Shown here: piece by piece, positions 38,085 to 50,171 of the stretch
Numbering within the stretch: the first letter of the stretch is position 1
Layout of the letters: the number at the start of each line of letters is the position of its first letter
Origin: Takakia lepidozioides
Taxonomy: Eukaryota; Plantae; Bryophyta
NCBI GenBank assembly: GCA_030704615.1
Contig: CM060733.1
Span: 31,434,001-31,498,000, forward strand
Direction: 5' to 3'
DNA length: 64,000 nt
Notes under the pieces: generated by a model
Databases searched by the model: none
What the model saw: only the letters and a program-made list of their open reading frames with translations
Told to the model about the DNA's origin: nothing
Translations under genes and position numbers: made by a program

Positions 38085-38435
38085 GCTGTGTTGAGCTGTG
38101 ACAGGCTGTGTCATATTGTGGTACGCTGTGATAGGCTGTGTGTGATGCATGTGGTAAGCTGTGATAGGCTGTGACGCGCTGTGGTAGGTGTGATAGGCTG
38201 TGTTGCGCATGCTGTGGTGTGATATATGTTGTGTCGCGCCGTGCTGGGTGTGATAGGCTGGGCTGTGATAGGTTGTGTCGCGCCGTGCTGGCTGTGATAG
38301 GCTGTGTCGCGCCGTGCTGGGCTGTGATAGGCTGTCGCGCCGTGTGGGCTGTGATAGCTGTGTCGCGCCGTGCTGGGCTGTGATAGGCTATGTCGCGCCG
38401 TGATGGGCTGTGATAGGCTGTGTCACGCCGTCGTG
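38085..38435 (-). repeat. 30-bp tandem repeat (inverted copy)
   Basis: GGCTGTGATAGGCTGTGTCGCGCCGTG units. Confidence 0.9.
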
Positions 38436-38666
38436 GGGGGGGCTGCTATTTCATGAGCGGCATGAGCATGAGCGGAAAAAAAAAAAGCATGAGCAGACCA
38501 TTGTGAGTCCACGGAAATAGGGTTAGGAGGCACGGAAATAGGGTCATGTGAAGTTGGAATGTGGCACCAGTGGACTTGAAATGCAACATTTTATTGCAAA
38601 TTTTGTGGCAAGCCACGTCTATACAAGTGTGTTCTAACTGTCATAGCCGGAATGGGCACTACTCTC

Positions 38667-41600
38667 CTACACCCTCCGAGGAACTTGCCCCACCTTCTTC
38701 CTCAGCCCCCCATCCCCCTCATCCTCCGAGCTCTGTGATGCATCAGTTCCACTATGCCTCTCAAAAATCCCGTCCTCTCCTTGGGGGACTGTCCACCTCA
38801 CCTCCTGGGAATCTTCTGCGTCTTCTCCCCCACTTTTCTCAGCAGAATCCAAGACAAATCTACGAGCCAAACAGGCTCTAATAGCTGCTGCCTCCTCCTT
38901 CATCTTCATTTTCTTGAGGCTTGCCTCGTCTAAAATCTGCTGTACACGACTAGGTTCGGAACACCTCCTAATGGACACCGAAGCAAGCCGGGCAGCATAA
39001 GTAGGAAGGATGTACTCCCTTTCTGGACTAGGCATGAAATCCCCCCTGGCAAAAAAAGGCACGTTCCTCCTGCCCATGAACTCCGGTGTAGACGTCCCTC
39101 CGGCAGTACTTGGCATCCTACAGTAAGAACAAATCCACTTCAAGAATGTCAATACCAGCACAACCAGAAAGGGTTTTCAATGAAATAAGAGAGCGGAGGG
39201 AGGTGCCTCACGAAATCTGGAGGCAACTTACAATGCCACCACTCACTCGTAAACCGGGGGCTCCTCGGCCTCGATCCCAACTTCCTCCCCCTGCTCCTTC
39301 TCGGATTTTTCCTCATCCTCCGAGGAGGATGCTCTTCCTCTTTCGGCAGACGTTCAGCCGCTGCAAGTTCCGAGTTGTGGAGGGCAGTATCTGGCTCAAA
39401 GGCGAACACATGCCTGTCGAACAACGTCCCTGCCCACATTGAAGCACCTGAGGAACAAAGCGGGTGGTTAATAGCTTGTGGCATGCAATTGCAATCGGGC
39501 CAGGGGACAAACTGATCACGTGAAGGCTTACCCGTGCCGCATGTGAGGTCCAGAATCCGCCCTTGGACATCCGAGCACGTCTCCATGAGGGTTTGGATGA
39601 AAGCAGGGCTCCGGGTCCGGCTGTACCGCCACGGTTTGCCTGTCTTTGTGTCCTTGGCATACTGGAGTGGGGCACATAGTTGTAGAGGACATCGTAGGTT
39701 ACAGGGTCCACAGCGGCATCAACAAGACGACCGTCGTTGCGGAATTTGAACGTAGACCCTCTCTTCACAAAGCAATATGCCTCAAACACCAATGTATGCA
39801 CATCCAACAAAGAAGGGATCAACTCCAAGTCTACTTAACATACACCACAATATGAAGTGAATGCAATAGATTGATAACTTACACTTTGGCCCTCTGTTCG
39901 CAACCCCTGTGTACTGATGCAGAACCATTTTCTGAGGAGGACGGGGTGACACTTTTGGGTGTCCACCTTGCCACCGCATTCTCTGTGGTCTTCCCTCTCG
40001 TGGCAAGGAAACCACACATCCACCATCATCCAGAAGCATCCCCGCCAGCCCAAACCCGGCTTTCAGTAGTCCTCAGTAAACCTGTTCCAGGTGGGCACAC
40101 CATCCAGGCCCTCCAGCAGCTCCCCATCTGGAATGTCGAGGAGAATCATGTCGCAAACCCCCCCCCCCCCCCCCCCCCGAGTGCTCTTGCAATTCGTGCT
40201 CACAGCCGTGAAGAATTCCATCATGGCTTCAAAACCAGGGGTGTCTTTAGGCTCTGTACCGCCAGCCCTCTTCTTGGCTTTCCCCTTCTGCTCCGCCAGA
40301 GACTTGCTGTGTGCCACCTTCTTCGCCCTGGCAGCGAGAGCGTCAAGGAAGCTCTCATTGACGCATTGGATGATGGTTGGAGGTTCTAGCTTTGGCCTGT
40401 GCATAAACGTCACCGCCGAATACCGCCGTGTAGGCTCGCCCTCAAATGCCAACTTCTTGGCAGAGCCAGTCCCACTCCGAACTGACTTGGGAACCCGGAC
40501 GACCGGTGACTGGGTAGGAGCAACAGTAGTTGCAGGACCTTGAACAAAGTCGTCGTCCGAGTCACTCTCTTGGGTCCCCTCCTGCGCCTCCTCCGATGCC
40601 CCGATGGTTTTCTTCTTTTTGGGTGTTACTGCACTCACATGTTTCCTTGTCCTTTTCCTTTGGCCTTTACTCTTCTCATGCAATTTCTCCTGAATTCCTG
40701 CCTGAGCAAGCTCTGCCGCTTTCCTGGAGTTCGCAAGCGCTTTTGCCTCTTTTGCACCCAACGGAGGCAGCGGAGCCCGGTTTCGTCGGAATTCAACATC
40801 CAGCTTCAATTGAAACTCGGATGGGTCGAGCGAGCCGGGCATAAGGTCCACATACCAAGGGCAATCACGCAAATGTTCCAGATGCCACTCCTTCACAATA
40901 TCGTCAGTGTACATGGAGTCAGCCCCAGGGTTCCTCCATGCCAGGAAGAATGGTGGCTCGAAAGACAGATGAGCTTTCTCCAAAAGGGAGAACTTGCAGT
41001 ACCTGCATTCATGAAAAACACAATGAGGTCCCTGAAATGCATATTCGGCACCATTTTCCCAGGTTGGGGCGGATGTGAGTGGGCCTAGAAATGGAAAAAT
41101 GGCGCCGAATTTCGGTTTTCGGTGACTGCCACCCTAGGGACTTAGCCATCTTGGGAGCCTGAACTGGAAATTCGGCGCCATTTTTCCATTTTAGGCCCGA
41201 AGATGGCTAAGTCCCACAACCGCAATAGGGCCTAGAACTGGAAAAATGGCGCCGAATTTCCAGTTCAGGGCCAGCCACCCTAGGGACTTAACCCGAAAAT
41301 GGCCAAGTCCCTGAACGGCAATAGGGCCTAGAACTGGAAAATGGCGCCGAATTCCAGTTCAGGGCCAGCCACCCTAGGGACTTAACCCGAAAATGGCCAA
41401 GTCCCTGAACGGCAATAGGGCCAATGGAACTGGAAAATGGCGCCGAATTTCCAGTTCGGGGCCAGCCACCCTAGGGACTAACCCGAAAATGGCCAAGTCC
41501 CTGAACGGCAATAGGGCCTGGAACTGGAAAATGCGCCGAATTTCCAGTTCGGGCCAGCCAGTCTAGGGACTTAGCCCGAAATGGCCAAGTCCTGAACGGC

Positions 41601-44600
41601 AATAGGGCCTGGAACTGGAAAATGGCGCCGAATTTCCAGTTCCGGGCCAGCAAGTCTAGGGACTTAGCCATTTTCGGAGCCCTGACTGGAAATTCGGCGC
41701 CATTTTCCCTAACACCCACATGAGGCCTCTAACATCCTGAAATGCAAGGACTTGAAAGAAAGGCAGCGCGTATGTACCTGTACAGAAGGCGCATTGCTGC
41801 TTTGTCCGCGTTCGGCTGGTCGGTGAACTCGTGGCTCCGGCGAGCATCTGCTATCTCCCGAAGAATAGGTTGGTTTGTAGAGCAGAAAGTACCTCGTCAC
41901 ATAGTCACGTAGGCTCTCTGCTGCAGGAGATATCTCCATCTTGAACTGATGTGCTTGTGTGTCCAGCTGCTCTTGCGCATTCGTCGTCACCTGTGGAGAT
42001 TCTCCATCAGATCGCTTTCCTGAAAAAATACAATGAATCCACCCCCTACTAGAGTAGAAGCCCCAAACGAAGCGTGGGGAAGTACCTGAAACCACCATGT
42101 CATGCGGTTCATCCACATGTCGAATGTGGGGTCAGAGAGTTTGCCCGGTTTGGGGAAGCTCCACATGTCCCTGGTACTTTGGGAACCATTCCAGATTTGG
42201 AGCCACCGGGTCTGTCCAACCACCCAGCATATTCGTAAGCGCCAAACACCACAAAAAGGAGTTGTTGCCACCACAATTTGGTTAAGAATGTATCACCTTT
42301 TCTGTTGCATCCACACAGGATGTGGCTAGACGATGGAGCTTCTCCAATGTCATCGTGGGCTTCAGAGCGCGAGAGTAGTGCTTCCCCACCTCCACCAGAA
42401 AGTCGGCACCAAGGGCGGGATCAGCTATGGCCACGTACTTTACCATCCGCGACTTGTACTTTATGCGGACCCTCACCTCCGCAACTTTGACATACGATTC
42501 GAGTGCCGGGAGGGTTGGATTCTTCTCCTCTGACTCCATGTAGAACCTCCGCGCATGTGCCAAATCCTGCTGTATTTTCGTCTGTCAAGAATGCGCACAT
42601 AAGATTAGAGATCCTGCTCAATACAATTTCTTCTATTGGGGGAGGAGATTAGAAATCACGGTGAAGCACTTTTCTTCTATTGGGGAGGAGAGACAGATTA
42701 GCTCAACAAAACTGTCAGGAGCTTTACCCGAAATATGTAGTCCACCATGGCGTCGACGCTCAGCCTATACCAGGTTCTGTCTGCCTTTGCCTCCGACTTG
42801 TGCAGGAGGTCGGCACTGAGGGAATTGGCAAACTCTTGCACCCCCTGCTTCCCGACATCCTTCACTCGGAAGAGCATATGGGACAAGTTGGTGGCAATGA
42901 AGGCATTCTCAGTCACCCTGCAGTGCCACATTTCCATCAAACAATACTGAAATGGGAATTTTCATCATATATGAGGATTCGCAATGAAATGACTTCCAAA
43001 TTCAAAGTCCAAAAGCGAGAGGCGTTGTAACTTACGAGTTGATGTCCGCCATTGCAGCTTTGAGAAGACTGCGATCTTTGGGCCCCGCAACCTTCAGCAC
43101 AACACAATCCACGACGAAATGCCAATCGAGGTCGTTGGGGTGGGCTTGGGCAATGTGCTCCATCCATGCCAGGAGGCGATGATTGCCGTCCCACACGTAG
43201 AACATCTTACCGGACAAGTGCTGGAAAAGAGGATCACTAGCAATCGATCTCTCGAACTCCTCATTTCGCGTTTGCCAATGGGGACCCCATTTGTCCACCT
43301 CATCGGAAGTGTGGGCACGGGAAGCTCCGTGGTCGTTCTCAATGGAAACGTAAAACGCGGCAGACCCCATTTGATATCCATCCCGGAAAGAGAATTTCAG
43401 CTTGTCGATATCGCCTGGGAGGGCAGGTCTCACCACCTGCAATGACACCAAGCGGCAAAGGGGAATTCGAAGCTTGGCCGGGTACACCATGCCCCCAGCA
43501 CCCTGCCAATGTTGCTGTGGGTTGCCTCCAACATCTTGGCAGCGGCCAACTTCATATCCGCCTCAGACATGACGTCTGTTGCAGAGGGGTTTTCCGGCAG
43601 CCCACCAGGACCGCCAAATCCAGCCTGTATGCTCCGGGTTTGGGCCTGGGGATGTCCGGGAGGATGTCATCCTGGTCAGAAAGCTCCCTGTCGTCCTCCT
43701 CAACAGGGTCAGCCACCTGCAAAACCACCTCCAGCACTCTCCCCGTCTCTACTGCCCTCTCCCTGGCTTCACCTCGAACTTGCACAATCCGTGCTCTTTC
43801 TGGTGTTCTTTCCTCTCCTCCACTCTCCACTGTATGGGTAATTGCAGGGGCTGCTCTTGCCCGCGATGGTCTAACTGGTGTGTTACTGCCTCTCTGTGGT
43901 GTCTTGGAGGGATCCACCGTCTCTGTGTGTCCCTCGCTTACATTGGCATCTGTCATTTGGGCACCCCTGGCCTCTTCAGTGGCCTTTTCTCTTTCCTCCT
44001 GGCTAGCATTCTGTCTCGTCTGTTCTTTTGCCCTCTCTTTTGCCCTCTCACGGGCTTTTTGTTTCTTACTAGGGCTAGCAGCAGGGGAGCCCTCCAGGAC
44101 GACCACCTTTGATTGAGGCGAACTGACACCCTCGCGCGCACTGCTCACTCCCCCCTCCGCAGCCCGTGACGGCTCTCTCGCCGGGGATTGCATGTGCTTA
44201 GCTTTCTTCTTTTTATTTGCGTGGGCGGGCCCTACTGCATGTGCATCAACAACCTCCATTGCCGGATCTGCTGTCCTCATGTCCTCACACCCTTCACCTG
44301 CCATGCCGCCTACACCAACCTCCCCAATGCCTATTCTGTCGTACTCTCGTTGCAAGTCATCCCGTCCACCAACAAAAGGTTTAAGTTTGCCCTCTCGCCC
44401 CAAGTTGGGCGATTCAAACATGCGATGAGTTGGAGCTGTTGATGATACCACCAGCGTGCCGGGCTCGTCGTCACTCTGTCATTCCCAAAAATCGTGAGAA
44501 CCAACATCGGTGCAAAAACCAGCATCGCAACGAGCAGCGCAACAATCGTGTAACAAAAATGAAAACATAACAAGTTTAGGAAGTATGGAGAGCCATGCAA

Positions 44601-45010
44601 CAACAATGAAAACAAATGCAACCATTGCCTGAGAATGACATGCACAAGCAGCCTTCTCCAGAGCTGCCGGATTTGCACACGCATTGCAAACAATCTAAGG
44701 TTCACTCAACTATCTAAGTTCACTCATCCAGCGAAGCCAGGATGAAGATGCAAAAACAAAGCGAGGCAACAAAGCGAAAGCGAAAGCGAAAGCAAAAAAG
44801 AAATCGAACAAAGCGAAAGCATAAGTGGCTTGCCTGAGAGTACTCGGCTTCAGTTGGCGCGGGTTGTGAGCAAGACACTGGAATCTCCTGCTGGAGCTTC
44901 AGTTTGGCCATGCGAGAGATTGGCCGTCGTCCGTAGTACAGAGCTTTCAACTTCCGCCGCGGTCTGGATGTGAGGTCTCTCTCAGGAGAGCCACGCCCTT
45001 CAGGCGGCAT
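38667..45010 (-). pseudogene. Multi-exon ParB/Srx + beta-class N6/N4 DNA methyltransferase-like gene (copy C)
   Basis: Exons colinear with 56053-61215. WDGNHRLLAW at about 43176-43190; CDMILLDIPDG (DIPD at 40126-40137); SPAFIQTLMETCSDVQGRILDLTCGTG|ASMWAGTLFDRHVFAFE at about 39610-39395. Stops and frameshifts present. Confidence 0.75.
41040..41710. repeat. About 95-bp tandem repeat containing GGAAAATGGCGCCGAATTTCC, inside an intron
   Basis: Repeated CTAGGGACTTAACCCGAAAATGGCCAAGTCCCTGAACGGCAATAGGGCC…GGCGCCGAATTTCC between the exon ORFs at 41709+ and 40063-40983. Confidence 0.9.
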
Positions 45011-45229
45011 AAGTCCCAGCCAAAATGGAAAAAGATCTCCGTTTTTGGGGTACATGCCTCGAATAGCATGTTAAGCCAAGATTAGCATCAGATTTAGGGT
45101 ACGTATCCAGGAAGCCATGTGTCGCCAGCCAGAATGAAAACGGACGGCGGTGGACATTTATTGCCCAACTGCGCAATTAAATGTCGGATGAAGCCCTCCA
45201 TGTCGGATGAAAATCGACGGAAAGAGGCC

Positions 45230-47050
45230 TGGAATTTCCAACGTAGAGGTAATTCGGAGCGCTGCACGATGGAAATCCGGCGCCGGATTTCCATCCTGCA
45301 GGTAATTCGGAGTGCAGCAGGATGGAAATTCAGCGCCGAATTTGCATCCTGCAAGGTAGGGCGGCGCGCCAAATTTCCCTGACGCAGGAAATTCAGAAGC
45401 GGATGGATGGAAATCCGCCGCCGGATTTCCATCCGCGCAGGTAGGGCGGCGCGCCAAATTTCCCTGACGCAGGTAATTCAGAAGCGGATGGATGGAAATC
45501 CGGCGCCGGATTTCCATCCGCGCAGGTAGGGCGGCGCGCCAAATTTCCCTCACGCAGTAATTCAGAAGCGGATGGATGCCGGATTTCCATCCGCGCAGAT
45601 AGGGCGGCGCGCGAAATTTCCCTCAAGCAGGTAATTCGGAGGCGGATGGATGGAAATCCGGCGCCGGATTTCCATCCGCAAGGTTGGCCGGAGAGCGGAT
45701 GGATGGAGATCCGTCGCCGAATTTCCATCCAGCAGGTAATTCGAATCCCGGATGGATGGAAATCCGGCGCCGAATTTCCATCCAGCAGGTAAGTCGGATC
45801 GCTGGCGTATGGATATTCGGCGCCGAATTTCAATTCGCCAGGTATTTCGAAGCGCTGAATTACCTTCCTGCAGGTAATTCTGAGCGTGTCCGATTGATTT
45901 TTCGAGAGAAAAACAAACCTAACTGTTTGTTTTGTGGCTGAAGTGCACTTGTAGACATGTTTTTCTTGGAATCCTTGACTGCTAGAGGCAAATCGGAACA
46001 GCCTCGGACGGAAATTCGGCGCCGTTTTTCCATTCTGGGAGGTTTCTGCGACTTCCTTTGAGGGGGCCCCGATGGAAATTCGGCGCTGAATTTCCATCCG
46101 GGGGATGGTCTCTATTGGAGAGGTGCCGGCCTCTCCGCCGCTCTGTTGGATATTCGGTGCCGAATTTCCGTCCGGGGGTTGAAATATGACGGCCAGGTGC
46201 CGGCCTCTCCCCCCTCCCCGACTGCATTGGAACGGCCCCGGATGGAAATTCGGCGCCGTTTTTCCATCTGGGGAGGTTTTTATGTCGGCCAGTTTTCGGC
46301 CTGACCCCCCGACACGACTTCCTTTGGGGGGGCCCGGATGGAAATTCGGCGCCGAATCTCCATCCAGGGGATGCTCTCTGTCGAACACGTGCCGGCCTCT
46401 ACGCCCGAGGCGACTTCATCCGGGCGTCCCCTGTTGGAAATTCGGCACCGAATTTCCGTCCGGGGGTTGAAATGTGACGGCCAGGTGCCGGCCAGGTGCC
46501 GGCCTTTCCCCCCTCCCCGACTGCATCCGAACCGCCCCGGATGGAAATTCGGCGCCGTTTTTCCATCTGGGGATGTTTTTATTGCGGCTAGTTTTCGGCC
46601 TGACCCCCCGACACGACTTCCTTTGGGGGGGCCCGGATGGAAATTCGGCGCCGAATCTCCATCCAGGGGATATTCTCTGTCGCACACGCGCCGGCCTCTG
46701 CGCCCTAGGCGACTGCATCCGGGCTTCCCCTGTTGTATATTCGGTGCCGAATTTCCGTCCGGGGGTTGTAATGTGAGGGCCAGATGGCGGCCTTTCCCCC
46801 GAGCCGATTGCATCCGAAAGGCCTCGGATGGAAATTCGGCGCCGTTTTTCCATCCGCGGAGGTTTTTATGTCGGCCAGTTTTCGGCCTGACCCCCCGACA
46901 GGACTTCCTTTGGGGGGATCCGAATGGAAATTCGGCGCTGAATTTCCATCCGGGGGATGTTCTCTGTCGGACAGGTGCCGACATCTCTGCCCCAGACGAC
47001 TTCATCCGTGCGGCCCCTGTTGGATATTGGGTGCCAAATTTCCATTCGGG
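45230..47050. repeat. Central palindrome array of copy C, between the divergent genes
   Basis: Many GGATGGAAAT(T/C)CGGCGCCG(A/G)ATTTCCATCC units; homologous to 8170-9250 (inverted) and 19100-20280. Confidence 0.95.
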
Positions 47051-47349
47051 GGTAGTAATGTGACGGCACGGTGCCGGCTTCTCCCCTTCAGCCGACATCA
47101 TCCGGACGGCCCCCCACTTTCTGACTGCATTCCGTTGGCAGTTATTGCGCAAAGACCAGGGGCCGCATCCCGGAGACAAGGTTCATTAACACTCTGACTG
47201 TGGATTTTTGAGATAGTTGGCTCCCTGGATTTGGATCAGGCTTCGTCGCTCGGACAAATCGGCACCGCATTCCTTCCCATCGCTGCATCCCCCTTCTACC
47301 AGGGAGCTTCCCCGCACGCCATCCTGGCAGTCTTGTGTGCACATCTCCC

Positions 47350-49319
47350 ATGGCGAAAAACCCGAGCGCTACAGTGTACTGCCCTCCTCACGAGCATAGA
47401 GCTTCATTTCCGTGCAGAGGGGAAATCTGCCGGGTGATGGAGAAATATCTGTGCGTTCGATACCACCTGAAACCGGGGTCGGTTTTTTTGGAGGAGGAAA
47501 GGAAGGACTCAAACGGCCTTGTTGTCGAGAGTATTGTTGTGCTCCACGATGATTTCGGCGATGGCAGGGAATGGCGAGTTCCACCATCAGACAGCATCAT
47601 ATACAGGGCTGTTGGGGACTTCATTTGCCTGCCAAATGCACCTTCTATCCTGGCGCCTTCCACGAAACAATCCACGAATCAGAGAGTGGCTACCTCAAAG
47701 AGAGAAATCCGCAACGAAGTAAATCCAGGGCCGAACCCATCCATGAAGATGAGCGAGAACCGGGTTGTTCACAACCTGTCCGACTCAGACGAGGTCATGG
47801 AAGTTCCGAGGTCGTCCTGGAGATCAGGCAAGTCCTCAATGGACGTCAGTGGAGGAGGGAGTCATATTCCCAGCACGAGCACCGCAGTTCGATCTATTCT
47901 TGAAATTCTGCGAGGGCTTCACCTGGAGGGACACCGGTCGGAGCTGGACGGGCTGGACTACAGCAAGTTCGCAATTAAATCGGTTACGTGCCTTCCCGCC
48001 GACGTCGACGGTAATATCTTCTTTGAGTTCCCTCCTCGGGCGGACTACTAGAGGGCGTCCGGAATGTTGACAGATATGGATAGAAAACATGACGGTCATC
48101 CTTGGTGCGTTACCAAAACCACCAGCATGAAGATGCTCGATGGTGTGCGGGTGCGCTACGTTGTTTGTGCGGGCGCGTTGCGGTGTTTCTCCCCAACTTG
48201 CTTCCACTTTAAATCCAGAGGTCACAGGAACGAGACCGATTGGACAGGCACAGCTCATCAACCATTTCGAGCTCAGGAGAAGGTTCCGAACTCCACATTT
48301 AAGTGTGCGCATTGCAAAGAACCACCACACTGCATGTCTGTTTGTAATGCCAAGCAGTTCTATGTGTTGCACCGTTTCCCTGACCTCACCCGAGCTTGCA
48401 TACACGTTGGTTCCCATTGTCACAAATTGGCGAGGGGGGACTCAAGGGAGGCTGCCCACGAGGCAGAGCAGCTCGTTCAGGAGGAGGTTAAGTTGAGACC
48501 AGGTGCCAAACCCAAACAGATACAGCTCCAAGCCGCCCATAAGATGGCATTGGCCAGAATTATGTCGGAAGACGGCTCTGATAGAGTTCCTCTCGATGAG
48601 AAGGAAATGGAGGCATTGCTGGAGTCGGTGTCCCACGTATGTTCACCGAATGTCCGAAACCACATTGTCTCATGCAAACAGAAAATTGGGCGTGGCTCGG
48701 ATATGCACTCCATTCTGGAGGTGAAGCGACGATGTAGATATGACTACATTCATGGAAGTAGGTTTCCAGGACAAGGGACTGAGGCAGATCGTTGTTTCGT
48801 ATTCAAAATGTCCACGTGTGGACCTGGCAGCGGCGTCGAACTGGTCGACAGGATGACGAGTGGGGACTTGTCAAACAGTTGGGTCATGTTCGACCATATC
48901 AAGCGAATTACAAATCACTAGTGGGTGACAATGGGTGCACATGTCTACGACACCCACTGCAGGATGCTAATGACAATTGCTATTTGTGAGATGAAAGGAG
49001 AGGACACACAATCGGAGATGCTTCTTTGGCAGGGAATAAACGAACAGATGGCCAAGGCGGGATTGCCCCCTCCCAATTTCCGTGGTTTCATGGCGGACAA
49101 CGCACAAGCAAATTGGGCTGTCATCCGAAGGGTGTACGGGCAAGACCCCAATGTTCCCATGGAAGGCAAGGAGAGATCTTGTGGGTTCCATTTTCTGTAG
49201 AGCCTTTCGCAGTACACAACCAGGCTCGTGGCGCCAGATTTCAGAGAGGAGCACCGTTCCATGTGTCTTGCGTGGAAGCGCGCTCCCACCTTGGATGATG
49301 CAGAGACACAGTTTGCATG
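47350..49319 (+). pseudogene. MULE transposase exon 1, 5' part (copy C), interrupted by copy B
   Basis: In-frame ORFs 47335-48051, 48064-48921 and 48925-49200 separated by TAG stops. GCM-like Cys/His cluster, FDHIKR, FMADNAQA, CGFH. Confidence 0.88.
49311..49319 (+). repeat. 9-bp target site duplication GTTTGCATG (left)
   Basis: Identical 9-mer at 62816-62824; copy A has it only once at the equivalent site. Confidence 0.95.
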
Positions 49320-50171
49320 GAGGTTTACTATTTCATGAGCAGAAACCATGAGCCATGAGCCATGAGCCGCATCAGCCGCATGAGCGGTGAGCCGAAGTCT
49401 AAGATACGCGGATTTCATGAGCGGACTCCTCCAAATTTGGAAATGCGGCAAATTAAACAAGTATTAAAATAATAGTTTTTTAATTTGACCTTGCCGTTTT
49501 TGGACGTTCCAGATCATGTAATGCGGCGAAGATATGTCGTCAGTAACAAGTCTGCTCATGGTTTTTTAGATCCGCTCATGGAAATAAGTGATCGTGCAAC
49601 GGGAAATCCAGTATACCACTGCAAAAGGACGTCGCATACTGGCCTGTATAGAGTATTCCGCGGTTTTACATGCCTTAACATTGGAATGAAGCTGACCCTT
49701 TTGCCGCGATTGAACCAATGGAGTCTGCACCAATACAGTCTGCAGTACTTCACAATTCTGTCTTCTTCGGGTATTCGGCGGGAAAGGTTTGCAACTGAAC
49801 TGGGAAATAAGGTGCCGCATTAGGGTTCGCACGTGCAAAATTTCGGAGCGGTTTGGTGTTGGCGAAGGCCGCCTCTACCAGTACCTACGACGATACTTGG
49901 AAATGCGGCGCCGCATTTCTTTGTCGGAGGTCGAATGAGGAAAGCAAGTTTTCGGAAAGCAGAAAAACATGAACCCTCCAACATACAAAAATACATGCAC
50001 GTGGAAACAAGTGAACGATATAGTAATATCTTAGTTCGAGCAAAACAGGTTACTGGTAGGCAAGACATATGTCCGACCTTTCTGTGGCCAGAGTCTGAGG
50101 TACTGGCAGCAGTATAGTTCTACTATCCGAAAAGGATGGGCGTACCATTGTATTGGGACCGCAAGCCAAGC

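Larger units (their letters stand above)
32667..38435 (-). mobile_element. Ty3/Gypsy copy 4 (3' portion: repeat region, extra ORF, PPT, 3' LTR), cut by MULE copy C
   Basis: LTR 32667-33793, PPT complement CCCCTCCCCCTCTC at about 33797-33810, extra-ORF fragments 33835-37592. Confidence 0.9.
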
